From contig OZ241981.1 of assembly GCA_965204345.1 (NCBI GenBank), forward strand, positions 64,001-128,000: 64,000 nucleotides of DNA, given 5' to 3'. The notes under the pieces are model-generated. The model saw only the letters and a list, made by a program, of their open reading frames with translations. It was not told the origin of the DNA and ran no database searches. Positions 60,197-64,000 of the stretch are shown here, piece after piece. The DNA is from Nitrosopumilus sp. GTDB taxonomy: Archaea > Thermoproteota > Nitrososphaeria > Nitrososphaerales > Nitrosopumilaceae. Every line of letters starts with the position of its first letter. The first letter of the stretch is position 1. The translations under genes were made by a program, and so were the position numbers.

Positions 60197-60598
60197 ATGT
60201 TCTCGTTTTTTACTACAAATCAAGCAAATGATGCACTACCTGATGTTATAAAAAAATATGAATACTCTTTGGCAAAGAATAACGAAATTAAAAAAATTGA
60301 GCAAGAACTACAAATGACCGTTGCTACAACTAATTCTTTTGAAGCATATGTCAACCTCAAACAAAAACTAAACTCCGCAATTACTAAATTCTATGAATCC
60401 GTTGAAATTCTTGAAAATACGGGGGTGGTTGTCAAAAGCATTGAACAGGGACTGCTTGATTTTCCATCAAAACGATTTGATGAAGAAGTTTGGCTCTGTT
60501 GGAAATATGGTGAAACTGAAATTAAATTCTGGCATGAAAAAGATTCGGGATTTATGGGCAGAAAGCCAATTAAAGTCAATGATGACTCTCTAGTTTGA
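60197..60598 (+). CDS. DUF2203-family protein
   Basis: GVVVKSIEQGLLDFPS, WLCWKYGE, FWH...GFMGRKPI. Confidence 0.85.
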   Translation: MFSFFTTNQANDALPDVIKKYEYSLAKNNEIKKIEQELQMTVATTNSFEAYVNLKQKLNSAITKFYESVEILENTGVVVKSIEQGLLDFPSKRFDEEVWLCWKYGETEIKFWHEKDSGFMGRKPIKVNDDSLV

Positions 60599-60726
60599 TA
60601 ATCTGCCCCTCGTCTCTTTGGAGATGATGATGCACTGCGGGTCTTGGAATTAAAAATCGTCTCTTATGCCATATGATCTTCTTGTCCTTGCATATAGTTA
60701 GTTGCCATACTCTAGATAAGATATAG

Positions 60727-61278
60727 TCATACCAAGTCAAATAAAATTATTTCAATATCATTGATATTCTCATCAAACTCTATAATCAGAGTAATATTGC
60801 CTGAATCATCCAAAGTTTTAGAATAAACGACCGCCTCTTCGTTATTGATTAAAACAAATACATCCTCATCAGGCTCATTTGAAATAAATCCAAAAGGCAA
60901 CAATATTTCTAACTGGCCCGATCTATTCCACGAATCAACATCCAAATTTAGTATTGGAGAGTCAACCGCTACCGCTATATTGCTAATTGAGCCTGCTGTT
61001 ATTTTATACGAGACAGAAAATAGCTCGTCATTATATGGAGATGTCAACTCTACTGTTCTATATGATAGTACATCCCATTGTAACTTCTCAGCAGTTGATT
61101 CGTAGACACATGCAAGATTCTCATTGGGCCTAAGAACTAAGAGCATTTTATCGCTGCATACTATGTCCTCAGGGTCCAGACCCATCAGGATTTGACTCTT
61201 CAGTGATAATTCCTCTGAATGCACATCATTAACTGCAAATATCAAAAGAAAAAAAGATAGTATGATTGCCTGTTTCAT
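60727..61278 (-). CDS. Secreted protein with two-Cys thaumarchaeal module and beta-sandwich domain
   Basis: Signal peptide; SLKSQ..G.DPEDIVC...RPNENLACVYESTAEKLQW; then YKITAGSI...GQLEILLP...VFVLINNEE. Confidence 0.7.
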   Translation of the reverse strand: MKQAIILSFFLLIFAVNDVHSEELSLKSQILMGLDPEDIVCSDKMLLVLRPNENLACVYESTAEKLQWDVLSYRTVELTSPYNDELFSVSYKITAGSISNIAVAVDSPILNLDVDSWNRSGQLEILLPFGFISNEPDEDVFVLINNEEAVVYSKTLDDSGNITLIIEFDENINDIEIILFDLV

Positions 61279-61376
61279 GTCTTGGATTCAGGTTGAATCT
61301 TATAAATGAATATACCTTCATTGCAGAATACCTTATTGAGTCACTTGCTGATTTAATCATGTCAAACAATTCAGCG

Positions 61377-61820
61377 TTATTGCCAGATGATCTAGATGAT
61401 CTAAAACAGCTGGAGGACTCTAACCACATAAACAAATTAAACCATGGAGACAGAGCCTGCATAACCGGGAAGCTCAAGTATCAATGCCAAAGTTCCAAAT
61501 AACTGAAAAATATGTTCATAACGGAGCACTAGCGATTCTTGGAATGTTAGATGCATTTAATTCAAAAAATGCCTATCTTTAAGGAATTGCATATATTTTT
61601 CCAGATAACAATCCATACGTGAGTGCTACAACACAGGACACATTCATAGACGTAAATGAAGAAGGGACAGAAGCGGTTGCTACAACAAGTACCCTGACAA
61701 CTACCACAACTGCACACCACCACCTCTCCACAATTTATTGCAGATCATCCGTTTTTGCTTATAATTGGGGATAATGAGAGCGGTACGATTTTGTTTATGG
61801 GTAGGATATCTCATCTGTAA
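61377..61820 (+). pseudogene. Serpin (serine protease inhibitor) pseudogene, C-terminal part
   Basis: Across two frameshifts and one stop: LLPDDLDDLKQLEDS / VSMPKFQITEKY...LGMLDAFN...*GI...FIDVNEEGTEAVATT / PQFIADHPFLLIIGDNESGTILFMGRI*. Confidence 0.88.
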
Positions 61821-61889
61821 ACAGTAGTTGCAATTTACTGTTAAATTCCGTTATCAGATAATCAAAATGTACCAAATCCATGTGAAATC

Positions 61890-63506
61890 TTGATGTTTCC
61901 AGAAAGCCATCTGCTAATCATTCTTAATAACAACGCATACCCACACTATCTAATGGTTAGAATCCTACTGCTAGGGTTTTTGGTTTTGACCACCGTAATG
62001 GTGATAATGGCGGTGCCAGCATATGCTGCATACCCTGTCTTGCCATTGGATCAGCATCAGTCAGACATATCAATGGATATGATTCAGTGCAATGACGGCA
62101 AGCTTCTGATGATGACTTTTGCAGGCAAGCCAGTATGCGTAACTAGTGATTCTACAATGCAGTTAGCAGACAGGGGCTATGCCACGGCATACACACCAGA
62201 AACATCCCAAAAAGCCAATGAATCCTTGAATGAAAAGATCACAAACCAGACAGACACGCATGTATTTACTGACAAAGAAAAGCAGATTATTGCTGATTAC
62301 AGAGAATCTTCAATGTTATCATCAGAACCTTCAATTCTTATACACATGTATTCTATAGAACTACCAACATTGCCCAAAGTGGGTCAGACTGCCTTGGTAA
62401 ATTTTACTGGTGTTTATACTGATAAGGTAAATTTTGAACCATACAAGGAACCATTCACACTAAAAGTATTTTCTGGTACTGAGGACAAAGTTCGGTTTCT
62501 TGATGACGCCGTAACAAACGCAGGAACTGATGATCCAGATGTATTTGTGCCATTTGATAATGATGTTGGATATGTGGTAAATGATCCCGTGCTAGGTAGG
62601 GCTTATACCGTACTGGTTACTGTAGAAATTCTAGAAGAAGGATTTATTCACATTAATGCACTTAGATTTAATGGTGCAGAAAATAATATTGGTCGCTACT
62701 TTGCGATATCTGATGAGCATTCTATGATCATAGGTGAGTATATTGATGAGGGATACACTTTTCTGGATCACACCATTGTAGATTTGTACTCTAATATCGA
62801 ACATTTTACACGTGAGGATAAAATTCTCTCGACGGCAACACATGCTAGATCTCTGCGAGTTTGGGGTGAGATGTATAATATGGAACTTTACCCAGATACT
62901 GATGGTGTAATTCAGGCACTTACTAATATGCGTCTTCCATTGGATGATGCAGAACGTGTTTTAAATTATACAAATTTTACGTCAGCGCAAGTTGCCAACA
63001 TCTTGGAAAGATACAAATCAAATCACACTACATCATCAGATGTATCGTCATCCTCTGACCAGCCATTGACTCAGTCACATGGATCTCATGACGGCTGTGG
63101 CAACTATAGGATATTTTTAAAAAAAATCAGCAGTGGTGATATAGTCTGTGTGTTTGTTCCTACTGCTGAAAAACTGATAATTCGAGGCTGGGGTGATATG
63201 ACTCATGAGCCTCATGATATTGAGATTAGTTTTGAAACATTGTACAAGATTGAGCCAGGGCAGGTAAGAACTCCTTTTAATCGTGACTCGGCTGCTATGC
63301 TTGAAGGTGCAAATGAACAATTTTATGATTATTTACATAAATGCAGGCTTGGCACATCTATTGCAAATGAGGATATTCCACCTGAGGGCATTCCAGGAGG
63401 ATGCATCATTTATTTCCCAACTCTACACTTTGAGTTTAAGGATTTTGTATCGATACTGCGCCACAATGACACATTAAGCTGGTTGGATCGTGATAAATTT
63501 TCATAA
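61890..63506 (+). CDS. Secreted/surface protein with two copies of the two-Cys thaumarchaeal module
   Basis: Signal peptide (MVRILLLGFLV...AYA, likely start 61953); PLDQ...IQCNDGKLLM...KPVCV...LADRGY and PLTQ...GC...DIVCVFVPTAEKLIIRGW. Confidence 0.75.
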   Translation: MMFPESHLLIILNNNAYPHYLMVRILLLGFLVLTTVMVIMAVPAYAAYPVLPLDQHQSDISMDMIQCNDGKLLMMTFAGKPVCVTSDSTMQLADRGYATAYTPETSQKANESLNEKITNQTDTHVFTDKEKQIIADYRESSMLSSEPSILIHMYSIELPTLPKVGQTALVNFTGVYTDKVNFEPYKEPFTLKVFSGTEDKVRFLDDAVTNAGTDDPDVFVPFDNDVGYVVNDPVLGRAYTVLVTVEILEEGFIHINALRFNGAENNIGRYFAISDEHSMIIGEYIDEGYTFLDHTIVDLYSNIEHFTREDKILSTATHARSLRVWGEMYNMELYPDTDGVIQALTNMRLPLDDAERVLNYTNFTSAQVANILERYKSNHTTSSDVSSSSDQPLTQSHGSHDGCGNYRIFLKKISSGDIVCVFVPTAEKLIIRGWGDMTHEPHDIEISFETLYKIEPGQVRTPFNRDSAAMLEGANEQFYDYLHKCRLGTSIANEDIPPEGIPGGCIIYFPTLHFEFKDFVSILRHNDTLSWLDRDKFS

Positions 63507-64000
63507 AGTCTTTTTCTGAACCTGAGATCCTACGTTCATTTTTTTGCATTCAAGGCCATACCCAAGATTTTACTGTTGAGGTGATTTCTTTCTTGCAAAA
63601 CTTTGAATTTTTCTCCTTCCTCGTCTTTTATTGTTGTTACACATGGACTTTTTTTTCTATTTTATATTTAGATATTAAAATGCCAACTCTCTGAATGCGA
63701 ATCTAAACACTGGCATCATGCTTCCTTAGTCATATTCATTAGTTTGTTATTTTTTTATACATGTGGCATTGTACAAGTAATTACTTTGCATACATGGTAA
63801 TTTTACAGTACCAAACCTGCATCTCTATGAATCTTGACAGATCTAGTCTGGATTAAAGAAACTTTGTTACAAGGCATTATGTTGAATTCTTTACTATGTG
63901 CCTCTGATGGCCAGTACCATTGCTAGTTTAGCTGCATCTGAAGGATCTGATATGTCATTTGATATAATTGCAACAGCTAAAAGTTATGCTGAATATAATG

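Overview
Chromosomal window from an ammonia-oxidising archaeon (Nitrososphaerota, Nitrosopumilus-like). The assignment rests on archaeal TFB, TBP, PolB, NreA, Hef and SelB-like genes, the split methylmalonyl-CoA mutase/MeaB/epimerase genes of the 3-HP/4-HB cycle, and thaumarchaeal IPxW/WWADG surface domains. The backbone is housekeeping (birA, ychF, nreA, cysS, nadE, ahcY, metG, ilvC, ppdK, tpiA, polB, hef), interrupted by several AT-rich accessory patches. The main result is an ~11 kb island (~7125-18157) carrying a type IB-like restriction-modification system. It has two oppositely oriented hsdS genes with four different TRDs that share near-identical inverted repeats (73/74 bp, 55/61 bp, 31/33 bp) and flank hsdM-hsdR, next to an intact tyrosine recombinase. 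This is the layout of a phase-variable hsdS shufflon, here in an archaeon. The invertible segment also carries a divergent TATA-binding-protein paralog and an ORF with an RxxxxH (HEPN-like) motif. The left arm holds decayed copies of both an integrase and the TBP paralog. Other accessory patches contain a NERD-like nuclease split at an A7 slippery tract, a frameshifted HAD hydrolase, unannotated zinc-finger micro-proteins, a duplicated small membrane protein, a TFB paralog, a serpin pseudogene, an NHL-like remnant and a degenerate dispersed repeat. No rRNA, tRNA or CRISPR array was recognised. All alignments were done by eye and no database searches were run.
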